A stretch of DNA of 64,000 nucleotides from Eutreptiella sp. 'Long Island Sound 2002' (GCA_964036045.1 OZ038378.1:18290001-18354000), one strand, 5' to 3'; counted from the first letter of the stretch, positions 37,101 through 48,945 are shown. Program-made: numbers and translations. The notes: a model not told the origin generated them from the letters alone.

Positions 37101-38030
37101 TATGAAAAGGAACCTGTCCCCCCTCCTGGATGGTTGCTGTACTAAACTAAAGTTGTGGGGGCCAAGTGCGAGCCAATTGCTGGCCCCAGGAGCGCCCACT
37201 ACTACCGCCCTGCTTCACCGAGCTGAACTGAAGGCCTTAGCTAACCATACCACTCTCCTCCCTGATCCCTCACTCCCCACACCCACACAGAACCCGGGAG
37301 CTGACCCCCCACCACAAAGAGGCCAGAGTGCACGCCGAGGTCGCGCACCATGCCGCCCCACAATCCCCCCACTCAGGCGCGTCTCAGCGGCGGGTGTAAC
37401 CCAGCGACGTCGGTCTGGAAGACCTCCACCGATACTGGCTCTGGATGAACAAATCTGCGCACTGGAACGTGCAGTCATACACTCCTCCGGGGAGGGACGC
37501 ACCCATAACCCCGAAACCCCGGCCCGGCCCCACCCCATGCATCGCTTCCTTAATGCTACAGCCATCCCTAATGACGTACCTGCAGACATCACAATGTCGT
37601 CAGGCGTCAGCCGCAAGCCACCCCCCAAGCCACCGGAGAGTGACAGGCCCAAACCAAGGTCCTACCACCGGGCGACACGTTTTGGCGTACCGGATGCCAT
37701 GGTCATGCTTAAGCATAAGTTTCAGGAGTGCACCCCCCAAGCGAAAATCAAGGTTCGTGAAGTTATTAGGCACGGCGGTAACCCCTTCAAACGTGTGGCG
37801 AAATTGATGAGTAGATGCCTGTCTGTGCTATGGAAATTTGTTACTGCCCACCACTCCTCCATTGAGATCATGGCAATGCATGAGTTACGCGGTTTTGTGG
37901 AAATGCTACGCGAATCACAGGCCCCCCACAGTGGATCGTTCTGGGGCGAACTTGACGTGGAGGAAATGTTTCCGAACATACCCAAACACCTCATCCCCAC
38001 GGCGGTTCGGTTCTACTGGGACATGATGTG
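34078..38030 (+). CDS. ORF2: GIY-YIG endonuclease followed by the N-terminal half of a Penelope-type RT (truncated after motif A)
   Basis: WVYALWHIADGRVYVGQT...RGREH...LESC...RERFW (GIY-YIG); VLDKAP, LKHK, ELDVEEMFPNIP (RT motif A). The frame is stop-free from 34078; motifs B' and YxDD are missing. Confidence 0.85.
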
Positions 38031-38555
38031 TGTCCTCATCCCCAATCCTTTGTACGTTCCAGCCCCTCTATAGATTCTGCACAACAGTTTTTAACCCAGG
38101 TAAAGCGCACCATATCCTGTGACTCTACTTTGAAACTCACAGTCGAAGGGTGGGGACAGTCCATGCCATTCCTTGACTCTGAGGTGCTCATCTCTGGAGG
38201 TTTACCGAATATAGAGGTCAAGCCACCCGTGTTTGCCACTGCCCCAGGGGACTCGCAGCCGGCAGCACACCGCCGACTGCTTGACTGTCAGTCTCCGAAC
38301 TCCCAGCGCATGCTCCTGTCACTCGTGCCGAACCTGGTTAAAAAATGTGCCTGGTATAGATTTGACACGTGTAGTTTCATACAAAATGTACATAAGGTTT
38401 CATCTCTCCTGATCCGAAAAGGTTACCCTTCAACCTGGTGGCGCCCTTTGCTCCTAGCAAAAGCGGAAACCATTGGTCTACAACAGCATGCGAGGTCAGG
38501 TATCCAACTTGCACTTGCACAACTGCACGGACCCGGAGCGGGAGAATCGAACTGA
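38028..38555 (+). pseudogene. RT C-terminal/thumb segment of the Penelope-like element, frameshifted by an internal deletion
   Basis: PFLD...KGYPSTWW parallels WCD...KGYPWKWW in the second element (48935-51199). Confidence 0.75.
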
Positions 38556-38939
38556 GACGGTCCATTTCCAAGTTACACCCCAAGTAGTGCATGACGGTCG
38601 GGAATATGGGAGACACAGTGAGTCCCCTCGTGCCTCACCATGGCGTGCCCGTGTACCCAGCCTGAACGTGCACTCCTCGCTTTTTGCAGCAAGGCCTGGC
38701 CTCGTGTGATTTGATTTGTTCTTTTGCTGCTCCCGCTTTGTTTCTTTGACCGGGTACACAATTACTGGGACAAGTGCATTCTAAAGCCGGACGCCAACAA
38801 ACAATCACGGGCATCCACCAGTCGACGCAAAAAGTGTTTACTAGAGGGAAATTCTTTGAAGCTTGATACCTCGGAAGTTCTATTTCACCATTGGCGTTCC
38901 TTTAGTGCTAATAAAGCTGCTGCCGTTGCTGGGGCAACT

Positions 38940-39333
38940 GGGCTTGCAATTGGAGGGGGGGGGGTTCGATAGAGCCCCCTGGCTAGACCCCAGCCTCCCC
39001 CAAAAAGGGCTCAATTGACAGGACCCCCAAAATCCTCCCGAGACTGACCCCCGGGCCTCGGAGGTGACCAAGACCCAAAATTGGGCAAAAAATGAAAGTC
39101 AGATTTTTGGAATCAGCGCGTCGAGGGGGTTCAGAAAAGTCATCATTTGCCATATATTTGGTGGAAAAAAAATTGACCAATTTGAATGCTCAAAAAAAAA
39201 TTTCGGCGCCTTTGGCGCCGGAGTTCATAATAACTGATTAATGGTGCCTGTCAATTGAGCCCCTTGCCCCCCCCCCCCCCCCAGATTTTGGGGGCTCTAT
39301 TGAACACCCCCCCCCCCCTCCACTTGCAAGCCC
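38940..39333. mobile_element. MITE with about 85-bp imperfect inverted arms
   Basis: GGGCTTGCAA (38940) / TTGCAAGCCC (39324); GGGCTCAATTGACAGG (39007-39022) / CCTGTCAATTGAGCCC (39247-39262) is a perfect 16-bp inversion. Confidence 0.75.
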
Positions 39334-39449
39334 GACAAGCCCTGCGACTGCTGCTGTTGATGCAGGATTTGTCCTACTGATTTGCTGCATTGCCAATGCC
39401 CATACCCTGGATAACACGGGAGGGAGATGACAAAAGGAAGGTGGCTTAG

Positions 39450-39985
39450 AACCGCACAAAACTGAACAGAGTTCAACATAAATGAGGAGCATTCAATAAA
39501 TCTGAATTGAAAAAAATGGAATGGAATACAACGATGCTGCATAGCAAAACTCAACAACACTGGAGAGAAATGCAACAAAATCCAGAAGATTTTCCGACAA
39601 CTGGGTGAAACTTGAGTGGAAACCAACAGACCTGAGTGAAATTAAACAAAACTGAGTACGACTGAGCAAAATTAACAGAAATGAATAGAGATCAACGAAA
39701 CCAACAAAACTGAGCAGAAACCCAAAAAACTGAGTGGACTCCAACAAACAGAGCAGAATTCGTCGTCGTTGAATCAAACAAAAATAGGTAGAACCTAACA
39801 AAATTGAGTGGAATGCAAAAAAAAAAAAATGAGTACGATCAGTACAATGAAACAAACGAAGGAATCTAACAAAACTGAGAAAAATCCATGAAAACTGAGT
39901 CTGCACAGACTTCAATAAATCGGAGAAGATTTCAACAAACTGAGAACTAAGCAGAAATCAAGTAAACTGAGTTGAACTAAAATGC
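39450..39985. repeat. A-rich degenerate AAACTGAG/AACAAAACTG repeat tract
   Basis: Many copies of aaactgag and variants; strong A bias on the + strand. Confidence 0.7.
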
Positions 39986-41148
39986 TGACCTAAATTCACA
40001 AAACGGTGTGCAGATCGACGAAAATTGAGCACAACCCAACATAACCTTTTGAAAGGACTGTGCAGGAGCAGTTACAAAAGCGGCTACTGCTGAGGAGGAA
40101 AATGGTTGGAAGCAGTTTGCACTGCTCACGGAAGCGATGGGCAGAGGGTCAGATGTTTGCCGTTTTGGGTGGAGTGACCCCATTCCCCCCTTCGCCCTTC
40201 AATCCTTCGGTTGGGCAAACAATCAATCATGGAATCCAATGGCTCAATGTTTACGCAGAACAAGACCACCCCAGGTTGGCAGCAAGGGCCTGTGTGCCCA
40301 CCGTTGTGGAAAGCCCGAATGCCCGTCTGAAACCACACCACACACCATTCATGAAGGAAATCAAGAGCGCATGAGCCCAAAGGTCAACCATCCTGGCTAC
40401 AAACCACCTTGTCTCTAGCGCCACAGCCCCCCCTGCACAACATTGACATTGCGCCTGTGCTTCATATCCTCTGTGCCAAAATGCTCCATATGGCATCCCC
40501 TCGTGTTCCCGCACATACACAACTGAAGAAAACCAATGTACAACCCTCCCTGTAGCTGCAGGATGGCTCTAAAACACTGTCAAGGTCCAAGCTCCCCGAG
40601 ACTTCCCAGATTAAAATCAAGCTGAAGCACCGCCCAAGATGGGCTTGCGAAACTCAGAACACACTACCCGCCCCCCCTTGTATAAGCTGCGACTTTGACA
40701 GCTTTGACAGCTTTGACTTTTCCAATGCATTTCCCACGTTGTCACACACATTCATTGAAGCTGTGTTAACACACATTCACCTACCTTTAATGCTGATCAG
40801 ATTCATTGTTTCCACGCTTACAGCCCCCTACATGTTCTGTGTAGGGCAGGAGGTAGTGTCAGAAATTTTGTTTTTCCCCAGGGCAGGGATTGGTCAGGGA
40901 GACCCCTTTTCCCCCTTGCTATTCTCTTTTTGTGTATCTTTCTTACTGCACCCACTGTATGGACTGCATTGCACGGACCCATATCTGTATGTTGATGATC
41001 TCTGTTTTCTCTTGACGGGGAACAAAGTGCACAAGAAATTACGTCGCTTGCTAGAGGCGATGGAAGAATTTAAGGTGGTTTCTGGGCTCACCCTGAACCT
41101 GGATAAATGTGGAATCGTTTTAAAAGGCAACTACTCTGAAGCGCAACG

Positions 41149-41745
41149 TAGGATTGATAAATTACGGTAATTTAAGGTTTTTAAATTACGGGCCGTAACT
41201 TACGCCGTAACTCACAAAAATTACGTAATTTATGGTCCGGACCAAGGTTTTACGCCAAAAGCATGTAATTTTGCCAAAAATTGTACTTTTCCCGCTTTTG
41301 TAGGGGGGGTGAGGGGTGGGGGAGTTGTTGGCAACTTTTGTGGGGCCCCCATGGGCGAGCCACAACCTTCCACCTTCCCAAGTGGAGTATCTAGAGGAGT
41401 ATCCACGGGTAGGGCATCTTCGACCTCCTCAGGTTGAGTGTGTTTGTCCCTCCAATGTTGAAGCATCCGGTTTTGGTTCGCAGCCTTGCGGTAGTCACAA
41501 CCAGGGTGCTTGCATTGAACCGTTTTGGGTGTCTTCCCATCATCTTTGAACTCAACAATGGTGTATTCATCCCAAATAGCCCCTTTAGTCTTCATGTGTG
41601 TGAAAAGAGGCCTATGGAGAAGGGGTGGCGAAAAATTCGGGCGGGGCGTAACTTACGGCCCGTAATTTATGATCGCCGTAACTTACGTAATTTACGGCCG
41701 TAACTTACGTCGTAACTTACGTTTGTAACTTACGTTGCAATCCTA
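41149..41745 (-). mobile_element. Non-autonomous hAT element (597 bp)
   Basis: TAGGATTG...CAATCCTA termini; exact 8-bp TSD GCGCAACG (41141-41148, 41746-41753); removing it restores the RT frame (EAQR|QHIADLG); TTACG/CGTAA subterminal repeats. Confidence 0.93.
41230..41595 (-). CDS. BED zinc-finger fragment (hAT transposase N-terminus)
   Basis: AIWDEY...CKHPGC...HWRDKH, BED-type W-C-C-H-H pattern. Confidence 0.75.
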   Translation of the reverse strand: MKTKGAIWDEYTIVEFKDDGKTPKTVQCKHPGCDYRKAANQNRMLQHWRDKHTQPEEVEDALPVDTPLDTPLGKVEGCGSPMGAPQKLPTTPPPLTPPTKAGKVQFLAKLHAFGVKPWSGP

Positions 41746-43372
41746 GCGCAACGGCAACACATCGCTGACCTTGGCATTGCCATTAGAGATTTTGTCAAGT
41801 ACCTGGGGGTGTTAGTAGGTCATATCACCACAGCACAGGCATTTGCTAAGGTACTGGGTGAGGCACAAAGAAGAGCTTCAATTCTAGGAGCCTTCCCCTT
41901 TTCACTCCCTGAACGCGTCCAGCTACTTAAAGTGTGGATCCTACTGTGCCTCCTCCTGACGGCACGCACGTACTGCCCAGATGACATGGTTGAAAGGTCA
42001 CTAAAAACAATCTACAAAACGGCACTTGGTTTGGATAGCTGGGGCATTACTCTCACTCAGCTTACCATGCCACCTGAAGAGGGAGGTTGCTCACTGGCGA
42101 TGCCTGACACATGGCTTCGGGTCCAAGCTGGACTGGCCTTTATCAAATATATGGCTAACAATGACTCCTTCCCGGTGTTGGTGAGTGATCATTTCCAGTT
42201 GTGGGCGTTCAAATACGGTCTGTCTGCATGCGCATGCCATCCCATTTCTGCAGCTGGGTCCTATACCCTATAAAACCATGGGGTATTTGGCCAGGACATT
42301 GAAAGCGGCTTCGCAAGCCCGGAGGTTCCTATGTGAGGGGCTCTTGACCTGCACTCCTGTGGAGTCCCTGCCGCTCTGGCTCAGTGCCATTTTTCAGAAG
42401 GGCAGTCATCTCACCTATTACTGCCTGGCGGTCATCAGAACAGGTATTTTGACCGCAGGTGACATGTATGACGCTGCGGGGAATCCAGGCACATGCGCAA
42501 AATTGGCTCCACTTGGGAGTCAGTTTATCAACAGGGACTCACCTGGGTCCAGGGCAAGTCACAGTCTGACTGGAGCATCCCTTCTGTCTGGATGGGGGCG
42601 TGGGGTAAGTCCGACATGCTCAAACTATTGTCGCGAACACCTTATGCTGAACATCGGCAGTCTGCTGAAAATTGGAGGGTGTTTTGGAGAACACGCTTTC
42701 CCCCTTTCTAACGTGATTTTATCTTTGCCGTGCTCTGGCGGCAGTTGAAGGTAGGAGAGCGCCTCATGCATTGGACGCATGAACCTCATTGCCCCATTTG
42801 TCATGAGCTTGGAACTATAGATCACTCTCTTCATGCATGTAGGTTCCACTCCCTCATACTATTAATAGATTAATACTATTAATAAAAATAATCTATTAAT
42901 ACTATTAATAGATGTCATTGACAAGTGCTGGCCTCCTGTGATACAGGGTACGGTGGCACACTCTGCACGTAGTCTACTGGTTGCCCTATCGTTGGCCACG
43001 CCTATGGGCATTATGTTGTGGTCGGCACATGTGGCACACTGGGCACTAAGGGGTGAAACTAGCCATGGTGGCTGGTGGCTGGTGGGTCGAGAATAGGGGG
43101 AGACCCACCCACCCCCCTCCCCCCCCCCCCTAGACACGGCTAGCCGCGGCTGGGGGGTGAATTGCGCCGAGGCCCCGTGTGGACAAAAATATTGAACAAA
43201 CGCTTACCCTAGGGCGCTCCTAGGGATATCAAGGAACTCAATCGGATGGAACACAATGCAATTGGACATGCATGCATAGGAGGTGCAAACACAAAGGCAA
43301 ATGGACCATGACTTCTCACCATATCCCATCGTGATAGCCCAAGACAGCGGGCCACATGTTGGAACGTTGGAA

Positions 43373-43616
43373 TGGTTCAAGGGGCAACCAAGTTCGAAAT
43401 ACTGAAGAAGAAAATCGCAAATGGCTTTGCAAAGGCCAAGAGGGGTGGAGTTTGCATTGTCATATCAAAGAGCATTTGCCCATAATTATGAGGGTGGTTC
43501 AAGGGGCAACCAAGTTTGAAATACTGAAGAAGAAAATTGCAAATGGCTTTGCAAAGGCCGAGAGGGGTGGTGTTCGCATTGTCATATCAAAGAGCATTTG
43601 CCCATAATTATGAGGG
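43373..43616. repeat. Tandem duplication, 2 x 122 bp
   Basis: tggttcaaggggcaaccaag...cccataattatgaggg repeated with a few substitutions. Confidence 0.9.
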
Positions 43617-44284
43617 TGGGTGTGTCTACTCATGCTCCGCATCCCCATCCCCAACCGTGTATCCAAAAATTCGCACCATGCAAGTTTGCTTCCCACTTGG
43701 TAGTAGGCACAGTAGACATCACTATAAAGTAGAAGCGGGCAATGCATTGTCTAATACTATTGCAGAAGGAGCATTGCAAGTAACTGACAATGAGACAAAC
43801 AATTTCCAACATATGTTGTTCAGAAAGAATTGTTCCATTAGCATATCATGTGCTATGTGGGGCTCTGTGGCATGCAAACACAAAGCAAGACAAGGTCTAC
43901 ACCAGCCGGCCGGCCGGGTGGCTGGCCAGCCGGCCAAAGGACCGAGAATAGGAGGAGAACCCCCCCCCCCCTCCCCCCCCCCATGGTCGCTTTCACTCCT
44001 AAGATGTGCGGTACGTCAAAATATGGTGATACCCACATTTGATTCCTTTTTTAACACGTGCGTAAACTTGGTTGACAAAGTGGCTGGATGGGAGGGCTTC
44101 ACTCACTTCACGCAGCCTTTCCTTGCCTTTAAACATGCGCTCATCCTTCTAAAGACTGGAGGATCATTGCCAGATTCAAAAATCCAGGTTTCCAAGCCAG
44201 AGCCTACAACACCAGAAAAAGAGCGGAAGCGAAGGAAATTGATCACAAACAGCTCCTAGGAGCGAAAGCTCGCCACGCCCTAGC

Positions 44285-44580
44285 GCAGCTTGAACAGCAG
44301 GGGTACATTGTAGTGTGGACTGACGGCTCTGCCAAATGGGGGACCAAAACAGGCTGGGTGGCAGGCTATAGCCACCATATTGGGGTAATGGGAAGCATGC
44401 GGTCCACTAGCGCCAGAAATGAAGCACACCATTAACAGGGCAGAGTCAATGGCTGTCATTGTTGTGGTTAAACAATTTGGGACACTAAATAGGAGAATAG
44501 CAGCGGCCATGGACTTAGAGTACATCTACTCTGGCCTCCAGGGTGCAGCAGCTGGAAGCAAAACGGGTGGGTGTCTGCAA
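44285..44580 (+). pseudogene. RNase H fragment of a retroelement
   Basis: YIVVWTDGSAKW, HTINRAE, MDLEYIY: D/E/D catalytic pattern split by frameshift. Confidence 0.65.
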
Positions 44581-45086
44581 CAGGACCAGTCTCCAATACT
44601 TTTAATGGTGTGACTGCTCCTTTAGGCCGCGGGAACACTATTCCGAGTGGCCGGTGGTCGGTCGAAGGATTTTGCCGCTTCGGGTGGCGGCATGAATCAG
44701 ATTATCGAGAATGCACCGCGACAACGGTCCCGTCGCGGTGCTATGGTTGAAGACTCGGGCTCCGACTCCGAAGATACGGAGGCGGATGAGGCGGAGTGGG
44801 AAGACATTTTGGCTACCATGGGAGATGGGGAGTCTCCCAGTCTCCCAGTCTAAGGGTGACGGGGTTGAGGTAACGGATGATGAAAAGGACACGGTGTTGC
44901 CGGATCCTCTGGTCGAGTGCTTCACTCGGTCAGGGAGGCGCGTCAAGCGACCCAAGAGGGACTAGTACGGTGACGATGCTTTAGTCATACTTCAGATAAG
45001 TGTTGCTTTGGTGTACCGCTTGTCTTATGTGCCTTCCAGAGGGTGAGAGGGAGTCCACAAAAAAAAAAGAAAAAAGAAAAAAAAAG

Positions 45087-46830
45087 GAGGGAGTCCACAT
45101 GGGGCGCCGAAGGCGCCGAAGCAAAAGTTGACAAAAACATCCAATTACATTATCCGAGACACCCGTCCATTAAAAAATAACATTACCCATTTTTCGGCCA
45201 CATTATTCTTTTTTAACATTTACATTTTACATTTTCGTTTTTCGTCGACGTTATTATATTGTAAATCACTTTGTAACCCCAGTACCAAGAATTAAAAAGT
45301 TACCAGAAGGAAAGATTTAAAAAAAGTTACCAGAAGGAAAGAATTAAAAAAAGCTACCACATGGAGTCCACATGGGGCGCTGAAGGCGCCGAAGCAAAAA
45401 TTGAGAAAAACATCCAATTACATTATCCGAGACCCCCGTCCATTAAAAAATAACATTTTACATTATCCATTTTTCGGCCACATTACTGTAGTAATCAATC
45501 GAAATAGAGAATAATAACTCCGTCGAGAAGCATTTCCTCTTTTCCTTTCCCTAATTTTTAATAATGTAGCCCGGACTGCTGGGATGTTTTCCTTATCTTT
45601 TAATGCTGGGCATCATCGCAGGATGTATTTTTAATACCCTTGCGCTGTGCTCAGCGATTGCTTAGGCCGCTGCGCACGCTGATCGCTGCTGAAAATTTTA
45701 AAAAAAAGTGCATAACAGCTCTACTTACCGTGCAAGTACCAGGAATCGAACCAATGTTTGCCAAGTCGTACCCGAACGCGTTGGCCGCTAGGGTACTCCC
45801 TCTCAGCAGGTTGCGCACAAATCATTTATATGACTTCTGGGTTTATCCACGCAGGAGCCGTGCCGGCAGCAGCGCCGAACAGCTTTTCTGTAAATCGGAT
45901 TTCTGTACTTTTTAATTGGCAGAATTTCAATTCCTGTAAATTTTTTTCTGTATTTTTAATGAAAACCGCCGCTGCCAAATTCTTGATCTGTATTTCGATT
46001 GATTACTACAGTATTCTTTTTTAACATTTACATTTTACATTTTCGTTTTTCGTCGACGATATTATACTGTAAATCACTTTGTAACCCAAAATAAGCAAAA
46101 TTTAAGCAAATGTAAGCAAAAATTGAGAAAAACATCCAATTACATTACTGTAGAAATCAATGAAGTACAGATCCAGAATTTGGCAGTTTTCATTATAAAT
46201 ACAGAAAAAAATTTACAGGAATTGAAATTCTGCCAATTAATCCCAACATGGTTTGCTGCATCATGCAAAGAGATGTGATTGGCATTCGCGAGTTTTGTCA
46301 TGACCACCCGTCGGGCAAAAAGAGAGAAACAAACTAGTGATAACATTTCTTGGCCAAGAAACGTTATCTACTCACATTTCTCGGCCAAGAAATGTTATCA
46401 TGTCACATTTCTTGGCCAAGAAATGTTATCAGCCAGTGGGGTCGGTGATCACATTTCTTCGTCGAGAAATTGTGACACCGATAACGGATATAAAATACAT
46501 CCTCCGATGATGTCCAGCATTAAAGGATAAGGAAAACATCCAAGCAGTCCGGGCTACATTATTAAAAAATAAGGGAAAGGAAAAGAAGAAATGCTTCTCA
46601 ACGGAGTTATTATTCTCTATTTCGATTGATTTCTACAGTATCCGAGAACCCTTTCCATTAAAAAATAACGTTTTAAATTATCCATTTTTCGGCCACATTA
46701 TTCTTTCTTAACATTTACATTTTACATTTTCGTTTTTCGTCGACGTTATTATACTGTAAATCACTTTGTAACCCCAGTACCAAGAAATAATTAAAAAGTT
46801 ACCAGAAGGAAAGAATTCAAAAAAGTTACC
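45087..46830. repeat. AT-rich mosaic of direct and inverted duplications
   Basis: ggagtccacatggggcgc...cattatccgag recurs at about 45090 and 45363; ttaacatttacattttacattttcg... recurs at about 45214, 46021 and 46709; 45484-45631 is inverted at 46492-46640. Confidence 0.8.
45731..45800 (-). ncRNA. tRNA-like sequence (SINE head or pseudogene)
   Basis: Minus strand reads GGGAGTACCCTAGCGGCC...GGTTCGATTCCTGGTACTTGCA: B box and acceptor-like pairing (GAGTAC/GTACTT); central arm aberrant. Confidence 0.5.
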
Positions 46831-46890
46831 GCTATGGACGGCGAGATACTACACTTCTGGCAAACCAGTGAAGGATCACCGGGCCCATCC

Positions 46891-47246
46891 CAGGGTTTTG
46901 CTTAGTGTCCGTCCTACCCTACCCTAGGGGGGGGGTGGGTGGGTGGGTCTGGCAGAATTTCAGGGTGGGTGGGTGTCCAACCACCCCCCCCCCCCCAGGG
47001 TGGGGTGGGACTTTGTGGGGGCCCTTGGGTCTATCGAGCCACCTCTGTGAAAGACTTGGTCTTCTGTATTGCGTGTCTCAGTTGGGTATGTGGGTGGGTG
47101 GGTGGGTGGGTGGGTGTCAGACCCCCCCCCCCCCCCGGGGGGGGGGGGTGGGACATTTGTCGGTCTGTGGGTATGCCAAAATTCTGGGTGGGTGGGTCCC
47201 TGAATTAACCCCCCCCCCCCCCCTAGGGTGGCTAAGCAAAACCCTG
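46891..47246. mobile_element. hAT-type MITE (356 bp), G-run rich
   Basis: 15-bp perfect TIR CAGGGTTTTGCTTAG; exact 8-bp TSD GCCCATCC (46883-46890, 47247-47254). Confidence 0.92.
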
Positions 47247-47741
47247 GCCCATCCCGAGCACCAGGCGAAGAGGTCAAGGTTAGTCCGCCGGTGCGACACA
47301 ATGCCGCGTTTCTGCCATATGGGGTACGACACATGCACGTACCACTTTATGGTGGTTCAGATACCGATACTCGGCGGTTCCTTGCGTGGCGCATGCGACG
47401 CGACATTCAGTTTGTCTACAATCGTGGGTTTTCAATTTTCTGATTTTGGATGTTCCTGTACAATTGATACAATGCCCCTAACGTGGTAATTCCAAAATCT
47501 TCGATCTTACGGGCAAAAAACCTGAATTCGACTTTTTCACACTTTGTGGTGTTGTTGTTGCCGTGTCACGGCAACTAGGAAGCAGGTTATGCTAGGGAGG
47601 TTTCTTCAAGAAAATGCCAAGAAGATGTCTAAGCTTGACAGAGGACCAGGACTTGCTACAACAATTGCAATTACACGGTTTGGAGGGCACTCATCAAGGT
47701 AAGCTCACCAAAGAGGTCCTCACCACAGCGGACAAAAAATA

Positions 47742-48130
47742 CACTACCCTGCGTGCGCGCAATGTTGCATTTTTTTCATAGTGCGCGCAAATTTTCAAAA
47801 ATACGACCTTTATAGCGCGCCTATTGCGCGCGCTCTACCGCGCTATATTGTCCCGTTTTTCAAATTTTTCAAAACCGGAAAATGTTTCAAAACCATGCTT
47901 TTTCCAGTGTCCTGCGTTTCTCAAAAACCCCTTGCTTTTCAAAAACATTCCCTGTTGCTCATTCAACCCAAGACACATGCAAAAACACTGTCTGAAAGGT
48001 CTGAAAAGTGTGCAACAGTACAGGTCCTCACGGACGAAAACAGTGTAGCGCGCGCAACATATTTACAGCGCGCACTATATATATATATAGGAGCCTTATG
48101 GCGCGCGCTATACCAGGTATAGCGCGCGCT
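47742..48130. mobile_element. Probable CACTA-type transposon terminus with GCGCGC/TATAG subterminal repeats
   Basis: CACTACCC at 47742 directly precedes a cluster of tatagcgcgc-type palindromes (47750-47850, 48045-48130); no partner terminus found in the window. Confidence 0.45.
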
Positions 48131-48213
48131 GTCATTCAGTGATATCCTTAATGGTTTGGACCACCACTTCGGCCTCCCACTCCTTCTCCCATTCGGGTTT
48201 GTGGTCTTCTGCC

Positions 48214-48945
48214 CTAGTGGCAGCTGGGGCTGCATCCCCTTCTTTGTGGTCTTCTGCCCCAGTGGCAGCTGGGGCTGCATCCCCTTCTTCTTGTGGGCTT
48301 GGGTCGCCTTCTGGGGTTGCTCCTTCTGGTGCCTCTTCTTCTTTCGGGGCTGCTCCTTCTCCTTCTTGTGGCGTGGCCGCTGGTGCCTCTTCTTCTTGTG
48401 GTGGGGCTTCTTCTTCCTCCTCTCTTCTTCTCCCTCTCCTTCTTCTTCCTCTTTTCCTCCTCATCCTTCTCCTTCTTCTTCCTCTTTTCGTCCTCTTCCT
48501 TCTTCTTCTTCTTTGCTTCGTCCTCTTTCTTCTTGGCCTGTTCCGCCTGACGTTGGACTCTGTGTGCCGCCTGTGCCATCAGCTGCTGGTCGGCAGTCTT
48601 CTGGGCAAGGACCTTTCCAGGCGGGTGGGGGGGCTTAGCGGTGTGGGAGGCGGAGATGGCTGGTGGTAGGTGGCTGGTGGCTGCTGGCTCCTCGGTACGC
48701 TTCTTCTTGGGCCTTGGGACTGTCACGGATTCCGTCTCCGGCACGGCAAAGGCGTCGGCCCAGTCCACCTCCAGCTCCTCCAGCTGCCGCTTAGCCCGGG
48801 CCAGCACCGGGGAGGGGCCTTGCTCCTTCCGTCCGTCAAGCCAGTCGGCCGCATGCTTGGACTGCCCGGCAATGTCCGCGGGCACGCTGATCATCAACGG
48901 CCCTCTGCGGGATCCCAGGCACAGAAGCTGCTCGAAGCTGCCCAC
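48214..48945 (-). pseudogene. 3' part of a decayed K/E-rich minus-strand gene (probably the accessory gene of the CACTA-like element)
   Basis: RAKRQLEELEVDWADAF, KKKEDEAKKKK... low-complexity charged ORF ending near the CACTA terminus; frameshifts present. Confidence 0.5.

Larger units (their letters stand above)
31538..38868 (+). mobile_element. Penelope-like retroelement with N-terminal GIY-YIG (Chlamys/Naiad-type domain order), flanked by 582-bp direct repeats
   Basis: 31538-32119 repeats 38287-38868 (one mismatch seen, 31913 vs 38662). This is the typical partial-tandem pseudo-LTR in which the 3' end of the RT ORF is duplicated upstream. Confidence 0.85.
40690..42860 (+). mobile_element. 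5'-truncated non-LTR retrotransposon (L1/Tx1-like RT), degenerate, interrupted by a hAT element
   Basis: DFSNAFP (motif A), GIGQGDPFSPLLF (B'), YVDD (C), SGLTLNLDKC, VKYLGV, LPERVQLLKVWIL; frameshifts downstream. Confidence 0.88.

Noticed and set aside
43200-44260. Transposase remnant around the 122-bp duplication
   Set aside because: Frames are interrupted and no catalytic motif could be recognised.
48641-48934. N-terminal 98 aa of the 852-aa ORF as part of the RT protein
   Set aside because: It is the antisense read of the interrupted minus-strand gene; PLE homology starts near 48935-48990.
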